Below are positions 11,007 through 25,592 of a stretch of DNA of 42,058 nucleotides, piece after piece. Origin of the DNA: Atractiella rhizophila (lineage: Eukaryota); the NCBI GenBank assembly GCA_021432655.1, contig MU271558.1:1-42058 (forward strand), in the 5' to 3' direction. Below the pieces are notes generated by a model, which searched no databases, was not told the DNA's origin, and worked only from the letters and a program-made list of their open reading frames with translations. A program made the translations under genes and the position numbers. Numbering within the stretch: the stretch's first letter is position 1; every line of letters starts with the position of its first letter.

Positions 11007-12805
11007 TCACCGTCTCCTCTCCGTTCCAGCCAACGGGCGGCCTGTCACCCTCCACCATTCCTATTCCCATCCCTGAATTAGTACCCGCCTAATACAGATG
11101 ATCAAGAGGAAATAGACCTTCATACAACTATGTTTCTTGGTATCGAAACTATACCTCGGATTGCAATTGCACTTCCCCCTGTCCAGCGCCTTCTTGGAGT
11201 TCGGACAGTGCATGTAGCTCGTATGCCGATATGCGATGTCATCGAATTGGTGGAGCGAGGAGGAGGGGAGGAAGAGTGAAGCTGCGATGGAATGCACGGG
11301 TGCATCACCCCAGCGCTCGTAAAAGAAACCCCCGGCGCGATCGAGGTGGTCGAAGAACTGAAGCATGGCCGTTCAGCAAAGAAGGGAGGAGACGGAGGAC
11401 ACGAACATCATTGTACGCTTTGCTACGCCAAAAACGGAGATCCCCGATCTCAAAGTTCGACCAGAAGTGGCACACTGTAATGTGATGAATCTTCGCACAT
11501 CGTAAATATGGAGAAGCACGCACGGTTGTAGCCTCCATCCATGCCGTTCTCCTTCTCGTCGACAATGAAGTTGAGTGAGTTATCCTTGGCGATATGTTCA
11601 GGATGAAGCCTAGCGAACTAGCACATTCGGTCAATCACCCGCAGTTACAAACAATCCAGGACGCACCTCTTGCACCGTTGGCCAAAGAGTCTCGATAGTC
11701 TTCTCCCGTTCGTGTAGACTGATGGTGAAGGCATAAGACTTGTTGTTTACCTCCATCTACCACTAGTAGTCAGCCGTCGCAAGGAAGAGACAGGGAAACG
11801 ACTGACGAAGTGGAAAGGATCGTAGTTGAGGTCGCAGTAAAACTCCACATCCCTATTCCCAACACATGCTGTTGGCATTCGTAAGGTGGGTCCTCGAAGG
11901 AGAAAACGCACGGTTCGACTCTCCAGTAATAGTCGAATTGTTCCAAAATCTTCTGCTTATAGAAGAACCTATGTTACAAACCTCATCAGCCACACTCAGC
12001 AACAGAGATGAGTCGCACCCAGACTGAAAGCGGCACATGTGATGGTAACTCTCCATGCCACCATACATCACGCCCTTCCTCTCCATCTCCTTCCTCTTCT
12101 CCCGCGCAACCTCCTCATCCACCCACTCCGGATAGCTCCAATGCTCACGAGGGATGGTCTCGAAATAGCACTTCGACCGTGTCAGAGACTGCACTGCCTC
12201 TTTGAAGGCATCCGTGAAAGGCTCGTCGTTTAGGAAGACCCAAGGGTACTGGACAAAGTCAGCGGGGGGTCAGCAGAGGAGAGGAGACGCACGCCTGCTC
12301 TGCGATTGAAGTGGGACTCTACAGATCGGATAGAATCCTACATCACTGCCATCTCAGCTCCTTTGACGGTAGGGTGAGAGGAACGGCAGCTTACTTTCAT
12401 CCCACTCAGCTCGCTGTTCCTTACCAAGCTAACAAAAGCAGCATTGCTCTTCTTGTACTCGTTATGCTCGCTGATATCCGGCGGATACCAGAGTCCCGTC
12501 TCCTCATCTTTTCTGTACCCAGGCTCTTTCCATCCTTGATCCGGGAATAAGACTTTCTGTCTCTCCCGTTGAGCATCTGAAATGCCACCAAAGAGTGCTG
12601 GGAAGAACGAGAAGAATCCAGAGTCGTCGTTCATCGAACTCATGGGGAGCTTGGAGGAGGAAGCAGTGTAGGAGGAGATGCTGGTCCGGATGGACTTGGA
12701 TTGCGGAGCAAAGGAGAAAGAGATGAGGATGGAAGAAACGAGGAGGAGAAGGAGGAGGAGGAGGTTGCGCCTCAGTGGAGCAGACAATCCGCTGGTAGGA
12801 GGCAT
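11007..12805 (-). CDS. Alpha-1,2-mannosyltransferase, GT15 (KRE2/MNT1/KTR family)
   Basis: N-terminal TM anchor, then AAFVSLVRNSEL, YPWVFLNDEPF, YGGMESYHHMCRFQSGFF, DYYWRVEP, CHFWSNFEI and GGFFYERWGDAPVHSIA. Multi-exon. Confidence 0.95.
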
Positions 12806-15300
12806 ATTATTCGAGTTGTACCGTAGCGAAGAGCGGAACTTGAGATGGATGAGCTTTATTGTAAATCCGTTGGAACTTCTTGGATTGAACTGTGACACAA
12901 CGCACGTTCGTGCGAGGAGTTTGAAGCGAGATGAAAACGGCGACACTTCCAGCTGAAAATAGCGAACTGACAAAAGAGAGTGCGAAACAAAGCAGCGAGA
13001 GTGGACAACTTTTAAAATGCTAATGGTCGTTCGGAACTCGTCTTGTCGTCCTGCAGCAAATAGACCATGACTTTGAACCTCTGGGCTCCCGTTTCAAAGG
13101 CCTGTCGGATAATCGGGATGGGCGATCTTGAATACTAATGTCTAAAACTGTAAATGTAAGGAGTACGTAAGCTTGAAACCGGTGGAAATAATAGAACAGC
13201 ATCAACACTGCGCTCGTAAATTGCCTCAGGACGTAAAGAGTGTAAATTCGTAGGGACGAGTCAACTTACTACGCGGAGGTAATGGAGGGAACGGAGCATC
13301 AATAGCCTTGAATAATGTGGCAACGAGAAATCGGAGTCAGTTTTTCATGCTCTGGATGGGCAACACATGTACAAGAGCATTGATGGGGAAGAAGAGGTTC
13401 AATAGATATCCCAATACCAACGCCAAGCATCAAAATGAATGACCGTAGATGCGGCCAGCTAAGGCACTCGTCGCAACTGAGAAGCACGAAGATCTTGTCG
13501 CTCAGGGTATATGTGCGCGCGAGGGCAACAGTGTTCATTTGCTTCTGCTGTACCCTCTCCTCTCGGGCCCTCGGGAGCGGGCACGGGTAATCACGAAATC
13601 TTGGGAAGAATGCTGGGTCAAGAGAAGGTAGAGAAGCCCATATGACCGCCTATAAAGAGAAACAAGAAACAGCCGACGAGACACTTGATACCCGAAGGCT
13701 TAACAGGTTCAACAAGTTTGAAATCGAACAGCTGGCAAAAGAGAGTTATGCGGAATAGCACCGAGAGGGTGCGCTCAATGACAACGCATCATGGAATGTG
13801 ACGAAGCAAGAGGAAGAAAGGACGGACCTTCAGCGATTTTTCAGGCACCCTTTGGCACTCCAATGAGTGATTCGAGAGCATTCATCCCCTTGGGAGCACC
13901 GTAAGAAGGCCCCGTTCGGCCTGTAATCTCGTCGCTCTCCTTCATTCTGGTTTCCATACTAATATGGATCACCTGAAAGTAGGGAAGGTCAGATATTTCA
14001 GATCGTCATACCATTGCTTAGTCCAGCAGTATGAGGAATCAAGCGTTTCTGGTGCATATTCTTCAAGTTGTTTCCAAACGCTGAGGTCTCAAACTTATCA
14101 GAGGTATAATCGATACCGTTTAACTTGAAGTCGTGCTCGTCATCTGAACGCCCCTTCCAGTGGTTGTCATTTACCATCTGAGAATGGTAGATTGTAGAGT
14201 GGAGATATCCTCATTCAAATGAAATAATGAAAAGCAAGTAAGACTAGCGAAACGATTGTCAATGGTGACTAGTTCGTACGCAGACTCCTTAATGAACTGA
14301 AGTCTACCAGCAGCCAAAGATTTGCGTTCTTTGTCGCGCTCAAAATCTCGCTAAGCACACATGGTATTCAATCCAAAGGCATCTCCAAGCATGTAAAGAG
14401 ACAGAGATATGGAGAACTATGACGAGATTGTCCCTAAGTCGAGGTAAGTTATGCCTGAGAGTCGGTAAAGGTAACAGGGTTGGTGATGTGGTTAAGACCA
14501 AGAGAGATGACCAGACACGACGGATACAACTTGATACAACCCCAACTCGACTGCCAGCACAGAGATTTAATGGAAGTTAACCAGATGTGAATTCATCAGA
14601 TGTGAATTCATTAGTCACATTCAAACTCGTAATTATAAAGTATCCTCATAAAACTCCAGACTCGAAGCTACTAGCAAAACGGTCTAAACAAAGTTCTGAG
14701 AAATGTTATGGCGTATGGTAATGATTTGATTTTACAATCATACAGAGGCTCGGTCCACCCAAGCCTGGCCGCAAATAATGGACTACTGTTATGCGGCGTA
14801 CTGCAGAGCAGGATACAACACACGTAGTCAGCAAGAGTGCTAGCTGAATTAGAATGAAGCATGCTCGGAACTCTCCGATTGGCGATAGTCGATTGTCCCT
14901 TACTCCTCCTCGTGCTGATATTTCGCAAAGTGGGAGAAACTCCATAATTTGGATCGAGTAGACGATAGCAGCAATAGCAGAGTCAATCAGTTCTGGATCC
15001 TGCGATTTATGCTACTCTAGCTACGTAGGCCAGGCACGGAGGAAGGAACAGTCGCGGGGAGACATTCATGCATGTTCATGACTTGCACTCCCTCTATCCG
15101 AAGGTCAAAAGACTCACTTTTCATCCTTTTTCACTGCTTTCTTAGATGCTCCAGGCGTAGGTAACACAGCCAGGACAACCCTTCAACTCATACTCGTAAC
15201 TCAGCTCCACCAACTTGGACAACTCCCGATCGTCGTTGTCCGTGATTGCACTCGCCTCCGCAGCACGTTCAGTTTACGTGTCGTGCTCCTAACCACCAAC

Positions 15301-18300
15301 ATGTTCCCATTCGCCCTCCTGCTGGGGCTTCTGCCCTCACTCGCATGCGCGGGGCCACCAAAGGTCTCCAAGTCCCCATTCGGCTCCCTTCCCAGCAAGC
15401 TGCTCTACTTCCCAGACTCGCCTTCCATCCTCTGGCACGACTTCTCCACCCTCACAGTCTTCCACTCCACCGACGAGGGCGCCTCATGGACCCCCCTGAA
15501 GGACTCGCAGGGGAAGGCCACCGACGTCATTCTCTCCTCGTCCTCGGACTCAACCGCTTACATACTCACGGAGTCGACGCAGCAATGGAGGTCGCTGAAC
15601 AGAGGAGAGTCCTGGCAGTCTTTCGAGACGCCTTACGAACCGAGCAGGATGCAGGCTCCGCTAGGATTTCATGCGTGGAAACCGGATTGGGTGCTCTGGA
15701 CGGGAATGAAGTGTAAGGATGCAGGGTGGATGGGCAGGGCATGTTACGATGAGGTATGTCTTCTTTACGGTTGCTGAGGAAACAGTCGTGTTCTTGTTTA
15801 GATTTTGTGTCATTACTTCATTGGAGTAGCGTCCTGAATGAGGAAGGAATGTCCAGAAGCGCTTGCTGCGCTGCGTCAGCTATATGGAGACCTGCGCCGT
15901 ACGCGCTCAAGGGGAAGACCGAGAAAAGCAATTCAGAGATGTCCTCACACTGTCTTGTTGGTATATTTATGTGCAAATGCGAGGTATTCAACCAGCATCA
16001 CGTCCATGGAGGATTCTTCTTTGAGCAACGGTTCAATCCACACACAGACATGCTCTTGCATTATCCAAAAATGAATGCTGCTGTGTGAACGCCTTCGCTC
16101 TCATGATCATTCGCTGCTCTTTCTTGCTCCAAAACTTGCACATACATGCACCATGACATTGCGGCGAACCTATAAACGATATTGGGCTTCTTTAACTGTT
16201 GCTGCCTCTGCGATAGTCTTACTGACGAGGCTATAGACCTACTACACAACGGATAATTTCGCAACACCTCCGAAAAAGCTCATGGAGCATACCTCCCATT
16301 GTATTTGGGCCCATTCGACTAAAGAATACCAACGTTCGGCATCAACTCCGGAGTCTCTCATCTACTGCATTGCCTGGGAGACGGTGAACGAGGACGCGAA
16401 GGCTTCCTCCGGAATGCTAGAATCCATCGTGGACGCCATCATGGGCGGAGCTCGATCTCCCACCGAGAGTCGACTTTACTCCAGCAGCGATTTCTTCCAG
16501 CGCGAGACGAAGTACGTTGACCTCGGGATTGGGAAGGATGCAAAGGGACTCGCCGGCATTGGCGGAGTGTCAAGCTACATCGTGACCGCAATGAAGCCGT
16601 TGGGAGACGCGGACGAGATGGTGCTCTACGTCACGCAGGATTCCAAGAAGTGGTCGAAAGCCAAGTTTCCTCACGGACATGGTCTCAAAGAAAACGCGTA
16701 CACGATCGTCGAATCCTCTCCGCACTCTATAATGGTCGACGTCCTGGCGAACGTGAACGCCAATTTTGGAATTCTTTTCCGAAGCGACAGCAGTGGCACC
16801 CAATTCGTTCGGTCACTCGAACACACCAATAGGAATGATCGCGGACTCGTCGATTATGAGAAGATCGTTGGGATTGATGGAGTGGCTATCGCGAATGTTG
16901 TTCATAACTGGGAGTTGGTGGATGCCGGACGAGAAACGAAACGACTCAGCACACGAATCACCTTCGACGATGGTGGACACTGGAAGTATATCAAACCTCC
17001 TACATCCCTTCTGAATGGCGCCAATCTTCCTTGCGATCGGTCCGACACGCGGTCGTGCTCACTTCACTTCCACTCAGTCACCCAACCGCACAACTACGGC
17101 CGAGTGTTTTCGTCGACTGCTCCAGGCTTGATCATGGGAGTCGGCTCCATTGGTCCTTACCTTGCAGAGTACGAAGACTGCGACACGTTCCTCAGCACCG
17201 ACGCTGGAGAGACATGGACGATGATCAAGCAGGGAGCGTACAAGTACGAGTTTGGAGACCAAGGAGCCATTCTAGTCATCGTGGATGACGAAGAGAACAC
17301 GGATGTAGTCGAGTATTCTACTGATTTCGGCAAAACGTGGTATGTCTTTTATCGCTCCTCGCAGTTGCTCCATCTCAGTCTCATTCCAAAGGCAGAAGCA
17401 ACCGATCGATTCAACAGTGCGAGCTCGCCTTTTGACAACCATTCCCGACTCGACTTCGAAAAAGTTTTTGCTTCTCGGGACTCTCTCGAAGAAAGATCAA
17501 GACGGCAACTCCGGTAAACACGGTGCTTTCCAAATCGATTTCAATCCTCTAGGAAAACGAAAGTGCGGCAATGGGGACTTCGAGAAGTGGTATGCTCGCC
17601 TGGACGAAGCTGGGAAACCTGACTGTCTTATGGGACATAAGGTACGCCTCCTTCCATGTAATCGATTTAACTGAGAAGGTAAATAGCAATACTACATGCG
17701 ACGGAAGGCGGACGCCGATTGCTTTGTAGACGATAAATATCACGACCCAGAAGAGCACGATGAAGTTTGTCCTTGTACAGACGAAGATTACGAATGGTGA
17801 GCCCTATCTCCTCAGGGGGGTTGGTTGATGACCATCATATAGCGACTTCAATTTTGCCTGGGATGGAAACGAGTGCATTCCTACAGGACCTGAAACGATT
17901 CCTCCTGGACAATGTCTCAACGAAGGCGACCAGTTCACGGGCTCGTCTGGCTATCGCAAGATCCCAGGAAACACCTGCGACGACGGCAAAGGCATCAAGA
18001 AAGATGCCCCCAAGAAGAAACCTTGCAAGGCTGGACAAGCCGCTCCGGGATTGGTCCTACACCAAGCTGTACGTCGTCTTTTCTTGGGAGACCTCTCGAT
18101 TGACTAAGGCATGTAGTTTACCTTTTCCGGAGTCGTTGTCGATCAAGTGTACTTCGACGAATCGAGTGTGAGTTTTATTTGTGTTGCATTGCTCAGGAGG
18201 ATCTGACAAGAGAGCGCAGACCTTGTTGGTCTACACTTCGGAGCAGGACGTCTGGCAGTCAAATAACCATGGACTATCGTGGCGCAAAATCAACAACGAT

Positions 18301-20686
18301 GGGGAGAAGATCTACAGCGTCTTGATGCATCAGTACAACAAAGATCGCGCTTACCTCGTTGCAGGCGGTCGCAAAGTCTACACGACAACGAACAAAGGAC
18401 AGCGTTGGACGTATTTCCAAGCTCCGCTGGATGCCAACATTCTGAGAATCCCCCTGCTGGATTTCCACCCCACCAGGCCGGACTGGCTCATCTGGACGGG
18501 GAGCAAGGATTGCAGCGGTCCGCTTTCTAACAACTGCCATGCGCAGTCGTACTACACTCGCAATAATGGTGATTCTTGGAGCGGCATCGATTCCTATGTG
18601 CGAATCTGCAGCTGGGGAAGAGACAAGAAGCTCTGGATCGACGAAAAGACGATTTTCTGCGAGTCCTATAAGAACAAAGAGGGATCCCAGCATTCCGACA
18701 ACACCATGCAATTTGTCGAGGGCAAGAATTTTTACACACAGAAAAAGGTTCTTTTTGACAACATTGTCGGTTATGCTACCTTCGAAGAGTATATGGTCGT
18801 CGCTGAAGTGACCGGCACTGGCGGCTCTCTTACGCTCCAAGTCTCTCTCAACGGTGACCGTTACGCTTCTGCTCTATTCCCTCCCAACATGAGGATCATG
18901 CCCTCTGCGTTCACCGTTTTGGAGTCGACCACCGATTCAGTCTTCCTGCACGTTACTACCAGCGGAGCTCCTGGTGCAGAATGGGGCAGCTTGTTCAAGT
19001 CAAATTCTAATGGAACGTACTATACCATGTCTCTCGAACACGTAAATCGAAACGACGCTGGATATGTGGATTTCGAAAAGATGATTGGGTTGGACGGAAT
19101 CGCCCTCATCAATGTCGTTAGCAATCCAGACGATGCTACTCTCACTGGCAAAAAGGAGCTTCAGACGCGTATAACTCACAATGACGGCGAGTAGTTAACC
19201 ACTCGTTCTTAGACCGTGTACTGACATTCTAGACAGGTGGTCGCTGGAAGCCCATCATTCCGCCTGCGAGGGATTCCCTTGGTCGCAGCTATGACTGCAT
19301 GTCTACAGTGAGATTTTCTCTACGTTATTGATCGACCGCTCTGAACACCTCCTGCAGTCTTGTTCCCTCCACATTCACGGCTATACGGAACGTAGAGATC
19401 CTCGAGCCACGTACAGTAGTCCCACCGCTGTGGGGCTGATGATTGGAGTTGGAAACGTCGGAGAGAAGCTCGCGCCATACGAGGATAGTGACACTTTCCT
19501 CACTCGTGACGGAGGTTTCACTTGGGATGAGGTGCACAAAGATGCTCACCTTTGGGAGTACGGGGACCAAGGCTCGATTATTGTCCTTGTGAACGACGAG
19601 CAACCGACAGACTTCGTGACCTACACCTTGAATGAAGGTCTTTCGTGGCAAGATTACAACTTTGGCCAGAAACTCAGAGTCAGAACCATCGTTACCGTTC
19701 CACAGGACACGAGCAGAAAATTCATCCTCTTTGGAAGCGAACCCGGACGAACCAGCGAGACCGTGGCAGTTCACCTTGACTTCTCACAAGTCACAAATAC
19801 CAAATGTATTTCCTTTCACTACATGCCACATTTTGCTAACTGGTTGTGAAGGTAATCTTGACCTGGCTGATCCTAATAATGACGATTTCGAACTGTGGAG
19901 TCCAAGCGAGAAGCGCGAACAGACCTGCTTATTCGGACGACAAGTCATGTACCACCGTCGAATAAGAGAGCGAAATTGCTATGTTGGGGAGATTATGCCG
20001 CAGCCTTTCAAGAAGGAACGGGATTGTTTGTGTACCGACGACGACTTCGAATGGTTTGCCTTTGTCTCCTATATTCCTCTTCTTGCTAAGTGATTCGCCA
20101 GTGAATTCAACTATCGACGGGATCCTTACACTCACCAATGTGTTCTTGTCGACGGTGCTCAGCCTTTGCCGAACAACGATACCTGCACCTGGCAACAAGA
20201 CTTCTGGTACGAGCGAACAGCATATCGAAAGGTTCCCCATTCGTCTTGCATTGGCGAGGATGCTGTCCGCCTCGACCTAGGCAAGAAGCATGCTTGTCCC
20301 GCCCAAATCTCACGGAGCCACGGCTTCTTCTACTGGGCTTTCATAACCATCATCCCCGTACTCGCTGGGTCTCTCCTTGTCTTCTGGTGGATGCGACGGA
20401 GAGGTGGAAGGATTTACCTCGGTGAACCGAGTGGATATGGACGAAAGGAAGGCGGAGCGATGGATGTCATCGCTTCTGTACCTTACTTCTTGTTGGGCTT
20501 GGTCGCTGTTACTGCCAGTTGGCTGAACGAGTTGAGGTACAAAACGCCTTGGAGCACATCGAGGGGGATACCATATAGACAGCTTCCGATTGACGATGAT
20601 GCTGAGCAAGTCCTCTCACTGTTCTTGCAGACTTTGTGTCTGATCGTATAAACAGGGTGCTAGGCGATTACTTAGACGATGAATAA
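15301..20686 (+). CDS. VPS10: Vacuolar protein sorting receptor Vps10 (sortilin-like, two Vps10 domains)
   Basis: Signal peptide, BNR/Asp-box repeats ([24 protein letters not shown]), two Cys-rich modules, TM segment and an acidic tail. The exon junctions checked splice in frame. Confidence 0.96.
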
Positions 20687-20927
20687 GGTCACTCCGTGAA
20701 CTCAGAAAATTTGGAACTCAGCGCGCTTCATCTACACCACGCCGCCCAATTGCCCTGCAGAACCCACGCATGTCCCCATCTTTACTGTATTATTTGGTAT
20801 CTGTTGCAATAGTTAGTTAGCTTCGTAAATTCACATATATTGCTCCTGCTTCTGAGAGAGATTAGAACTACGTAAAGATTAGAGATTGTCTCTGCACCTA
20901 GTTGAAGTGAGGCAACATCAATCTACC

Positions 20928-22027
20928 ATGTTGGATGATTGCCTAGACCTTTTACGACGGCTACCGCCTCAGAATACGGAGTCTAACCTCCAGCAGCTTC
21001 TTGAACTTGCTCCAGACATCGCTGACGACCTCCTGGGGTCCGTGGATCAACCGTTACAAATCAGATTGGACAGAGAGAGCAAGAAGGAGTACCTCGTATG
21101 CGATTACAATAAAGATGGTGATTCTTATAGGTCCGTCTTTGTTTGATCTGCCTGAATGGTTGAGGATGTGCGTTTGAAGGAGTCCATGGAGCAACACGTA
21201 TGATCCTCCACTTGCGGATGGCACTTCTCCAAGTCCCGCCCTGAGGAAGCTAGAGGTGGCTGCGAATGAAGCGTTTGATCTGTATCGCGAGATGTATGCG
21301 TGTTGTTCCCTTCGTAAATCAAAACTAAATGATACTAGGTATTATGAGGGTGGGGTGTCAAGCGTCTACTTCTGGGACTTGGACGATGGTGGCTTTGCTG
21401 GAGTGGTGCTCATCAAGAAGGGTCTGTCTCCCTAACTTCTTAACACTTTACTCCTACTTGAGGATTGACTTGCGTTTACGATGCAGTGACACCATCCCCG
21501 GCAGACGGATCTTGGGATAGCATCCATGTCTTCGAGTCGTCCTCGCGCGCGGATCGGTCTCGAGTGTCACACTACAAGCTCACTTCTACAGTAATGCTTC
21601 ACATTACGCGAACACCAAAGGAGGCCAATGGGGATGAAGGCGACGTTACTCTGAGCGGCAGCTTGACTCGGCAGGTAAGCATTTTCACCATGTACCGCGC
21701 CAATGAGCCGTCTAACAGCCACCTAAATGGGATTGCAGGTTGAGCAGGATGCCCCCCTCGATAATGCGAACAACCATATCACAAACATTGGCAAGATGGT
21801 GGAGGATATGGAGATAAAGATGCGGAATTTGATTCAAGATGTCTACTTTTCTAGTTTGTCTCCTTTCTCGAGTTTCTCCTCTAGGTGTGCTTACGGAGAG
21901 GACAGAAACGAAAGACATCGTTAACGACCTGAGATCGCTTGATGGCGCAGGAATGAAGTCGAAGAGAGCAGCGATTCAAGGCGAGCTTGTAGGATTGCTC
22001 AAAGGAAGAGGCGGCGAGAGAGGATAA
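20928..22027 (+). CDS. CAP2: F-actin capping protein subunit beta
   Basis: [72 protein letters not shown] and [18 protein letters not shown]. Confidence 0.97.
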
Positions 22028-22982
22028 AGTGAATGGAGTTCGGGTTTAGGTATTATGGGTCAATACAATCGTTCGTCCGAGTTTGTTTACAAGTTTGCTC
22101 CCAGTCGAGTGTAAGAATTATTGATGGAGGAGCAACGCTCTAAGTGAAGAATGAAGGATAATCATTATCTGAAGTCGTGTTCACTGTTCGTGTTCTGAGG
22201 TTCTTTTCCTAGCTTCAAGCGTCAAGTGGCCTCATCAACAAAGTAGATTCAATCATGCCACGTAATGATTACAGGTTGCCTTACTGTGCCTCTTAACGAG
22301 TCGTCAGAGCGTTGTCTCACATAGTTCATTCATTCCGCCCAATATTGTCCTTCTGTCCTGATGTGGCCAACTGTGACGGCTGCGAGCATGACAGTTAACG
22401 TAACGTTTAGAGAACCCTTCCCGCTGCTTTCCGGCTAGCGAGCCAACGGGACCCGTGAGTGCCGGTGGTTGTTTGAAGGGGCTGGGAGAGCTCTCTCCGA
22501 AGACTTGTCGCTCATAATATATGATCAAAGGAGTAAAGGTCACCGTAGTGCAAGCTTCATGGTATGTTCGCCTTCCATGATTGATGATCTGCTTATCTCA
22601 TCTTGCACAGATGTCAGTGCTTGTCCATCGACATGCCTCATTCATGCAGCAATCGCAAAGTTTGACTGTGCATAAAGTTAGGTCAAGTTCCACCGCGCGA
22701 GCCATTCGGGCCCTCTCCATGTGAGCAGCAACTCCGACAGTCACCCGAGGCTCTGAGCCAGCCATCGCGCGAGAACCTGAAATGCTGTGAGGCAAGTTTA
22801 AATGGAACCCGGAAGAATCACGACGCCCAAGCCACAACTCCGTCCGTGCGCTTCTTCGCTTCTGCTACGTCCTCTCACACCTCCGTTTGATACATATAAG
22901 AGAGCTTCGGCGGCAAGACGGTAAGCCTCTAACATCATATGCTGAATTCGCTTAGAAGCATTCTTCAATACTTGCAGCGTAG

Positions 22983-24880
22983 ATGTCCAATATAGTCGAT
23001 TCACATCCCAACTCCGCACCATCAACCCTCAATGGGATACCCATGGGACCTAATTCTCCTACCCACTCTCGAACAAACAGCATTGCCAAGTCTCCGCATC
23101 CCGATGGTGGAGCAGAAGCACAGGAGGAGGATACTCTCACACGTCGGCACGTGTCGATGGAAGCCGTCACACAGGGGGACAAAGACCTAGAAAAGCATGT
23201 GGTAATCACATCTCGGATGGAACTGCCTCAGAAGTTCAAGCATAATTTTTGGGATCGAGAGCTGACACCACAGAGGACGCTGTACTTCAAGATGGCTTCC
23301 ATTGGAGGTTTGGCGGTTTTTTTGTTGCAGATATTCGCCATCATGCCTTTGTACGTCTTCCGCAAGTTGTGTCTACGAAATTGACATCCTGACAAATGCC
23401 AGCTATTGGGGTTCACTTTACAAAGAATACTCGTTGATCCCCAACTTACGCACTCTCGTCCTCAACCTCGATAACTCCACAATCGGCACGACCATTTCCT
23501 CAGCCTTGCTCTCCTCCGCTCATGGCACACACACCCACGGTACAGGACCAGGAAACCTCAAATCCTGGCTAGGATGGGAAGAATACACCTCCGGTTCTCT
23601 TCCACCTTCCGGCTTTTCCAATGATGAAGAAGCCCTGGAAGACGCCAGGCGACAGGTGGAGAATGAGCACGCCTGGGCTGTGGTTGTCATCCTTTCCTCC
23701 TCAACTGAACGCCTACAAAGGGCAATTGCGAGCGCAGATCAAGCGTGGAACGCGAGTACTATCGTCCAAGTTATTTACTCCCAGGCCCGTAACGAACTCG
23801 CCACCGGAAGCTTTGTGGTTCCCTACACCACCGCGATACTTCAGCGGGCGAATGCACAATTGGCCCAGCAGTTCACGACCGAATTCCTTGCCACGGCGAC
23901 GATCGAACAGGCGCGTGCTATGCCTGTGAACCTCTTGACGCAACCAGTGGGATACACGATGGTCAATCTTCATCCTTACGATCAACCTTTAGCTACAGTG
24001 CTCACCTTCGTTGGCATCATCTACGTCGCCGTACGCAATTTAATTTGAGCGTGAACATTGACTGATGAAAGCAAAAGGTTTTCGCCTTCCAAACAACAAT
24101 GGCGACATCCGCTTTTCAGGTCGTCATTGGGGACTATTTGCACATCCGTTCACTCATTCTTCTACGGTTTGGGATATCATTCCTGTTTTATTTCTTCTTG
24201 TCCTGGGTACGTCGTATTCTCTCTCCGACGGATTTTACTGACCACTGCTTGGCAGGCTTTTGCCTTGTTAGGTCTAATGTTCAAAGGAGACTTTACTCGA
24301 CAGTAGGTCTTTCCTAAACGATCCTCGTGACAATGATGGGTTAAAATCCGATATAGTTTTGGAGGAGGGGGATTCTTGTTATATTGGCTTTCCCTTTTCC
24401 TAGGAATGGCAAGTCTCGGGTTAGCGTTACAAGCGATGGTCACTCTTCTCACTGTTCGGTGCGTACCCCTTGATATTTGGGCCAAACGCTCATATTCATC
24501 GCAGCTTCATACCAATCCTGTTCATCCTTATCTTATTAACAAACGTCTCTGTCTCTCTCCTTCCCTTCGACCTCCTGCCCTCGGTATATCAATACGGTTT
24601 GTTTGTTCCCACATTTGTCCTTGCAGTGGCTAACGGAGCTGAATGGGCAGGGAAAGCCTGGCCAGCCTATAATCTCAACCGGCTAGTCCGTACCATCCTC
24701 TTCGGGACAAAGAACGATCTTTCTCTCAACTACGGTGTCCTCCTGGCTTGGATAGCAGTCAGCTGTATCACTCTCCCACTCATTCAGATCTGGGAGAGGA
24801 AGCGGGAGGTGAAAGCACATCTTGCACCTCTGCACGAGAAAGCTGCCACCGCACCAGTACTGGAAAAGGAAGCACTTTAG
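22983..24880 (+). CDS. SNG1-like / DUF3533 multi-pass membrane protein
   Basis: First TM followed by YWGSL, a lumenal domain, six further TM segments and YQYG...PAYNL...RTILFGTKNDLSLNYGVLLAW. Confidence 0.8.
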
Positions 24881-25592
24881 ACGGAAATGCGATAGAACAG
24901 AAGATAGAGCAGCCGACAACATTTCGATAATATTCACCTACCTGTATGAACTAGGGCGATAGGAACATTAAGTTTGGGACGAATTAGAACTGACATATCA
25001 TTTTGGAAGAAAATACCCCTTAAGTTCCTCATTGGAGTAATAATGCAATGCTCGTTTGGCAAGCGAACATGTGCGTTAAAAGTGAAAGAGTATATGTGAC
25101 CACAAGATGTCCCTGCCAAGAGGTTATTATATATCATAAGTACTTCCTGAGGAGTTATCATGGTATCGAGCTAGGTTCACTTTCGCAGAGGCTGTGAACA
25201 AGAGTCATTCAAGCTTCGCATTGCAATAACTTCAACGAATAAGAACACTTCAACACCAACCAATGACCTAGAACTAATACATCGTTAGGGTACACGAACG
25301 TGATAGGCTTAGTATGGCCGGAGCAATGGATACAAAGATTTTATTAGCCACTATTGAAAACAAGTCCCTTCTCTTTCTTCAATCCGAAACTGTTGTTGTT
25401 TTGCGTTTGTTGATTTCGGTGGATGATGCTAAAAGTGGTTGAAAGTTGTGTATGATATAAATGATAGAATGATACAGAACGGAGCTGATTCGCGCATCGC
25501 ATGGCAGTCATTAAGTGAAGAGCCCATCACACCACGAGAAGGAGAAACGAACATAGTTCCTGAGTCTGCTCCCATGCTCAACGGAATGTGAA

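Noticed and set aside
13299..14450. Possible multi-exon orphan gene on the minus strand (open frame 13649-13299 after a TTTATAG acceptor, and other exon-like pieces near 14030-14180)
   Set aside because: Could not assemble a consistent stop-free gene model or recognise any domain.
14582..14611. Tandem duplication of CAGATGTGAATTCAT
   Set aside because: Two copies only, with no associated structure. Ordinary slippage duplication.
15930..15950. CAATTCAGA resembling the RNase P RNA CR-V element in the VPS10 intron
   Set aside because: No matching CR-I or P4 partner found, and the flanking bases do not fit.
7876..22027. Apparent cluster of secretory-pathway genes (TRAPPC12, GT15, VPS10, CAP2)
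   Set aside because: These functions are common, no shared regulatory motif was seen, and chance adjacency is sufficient.
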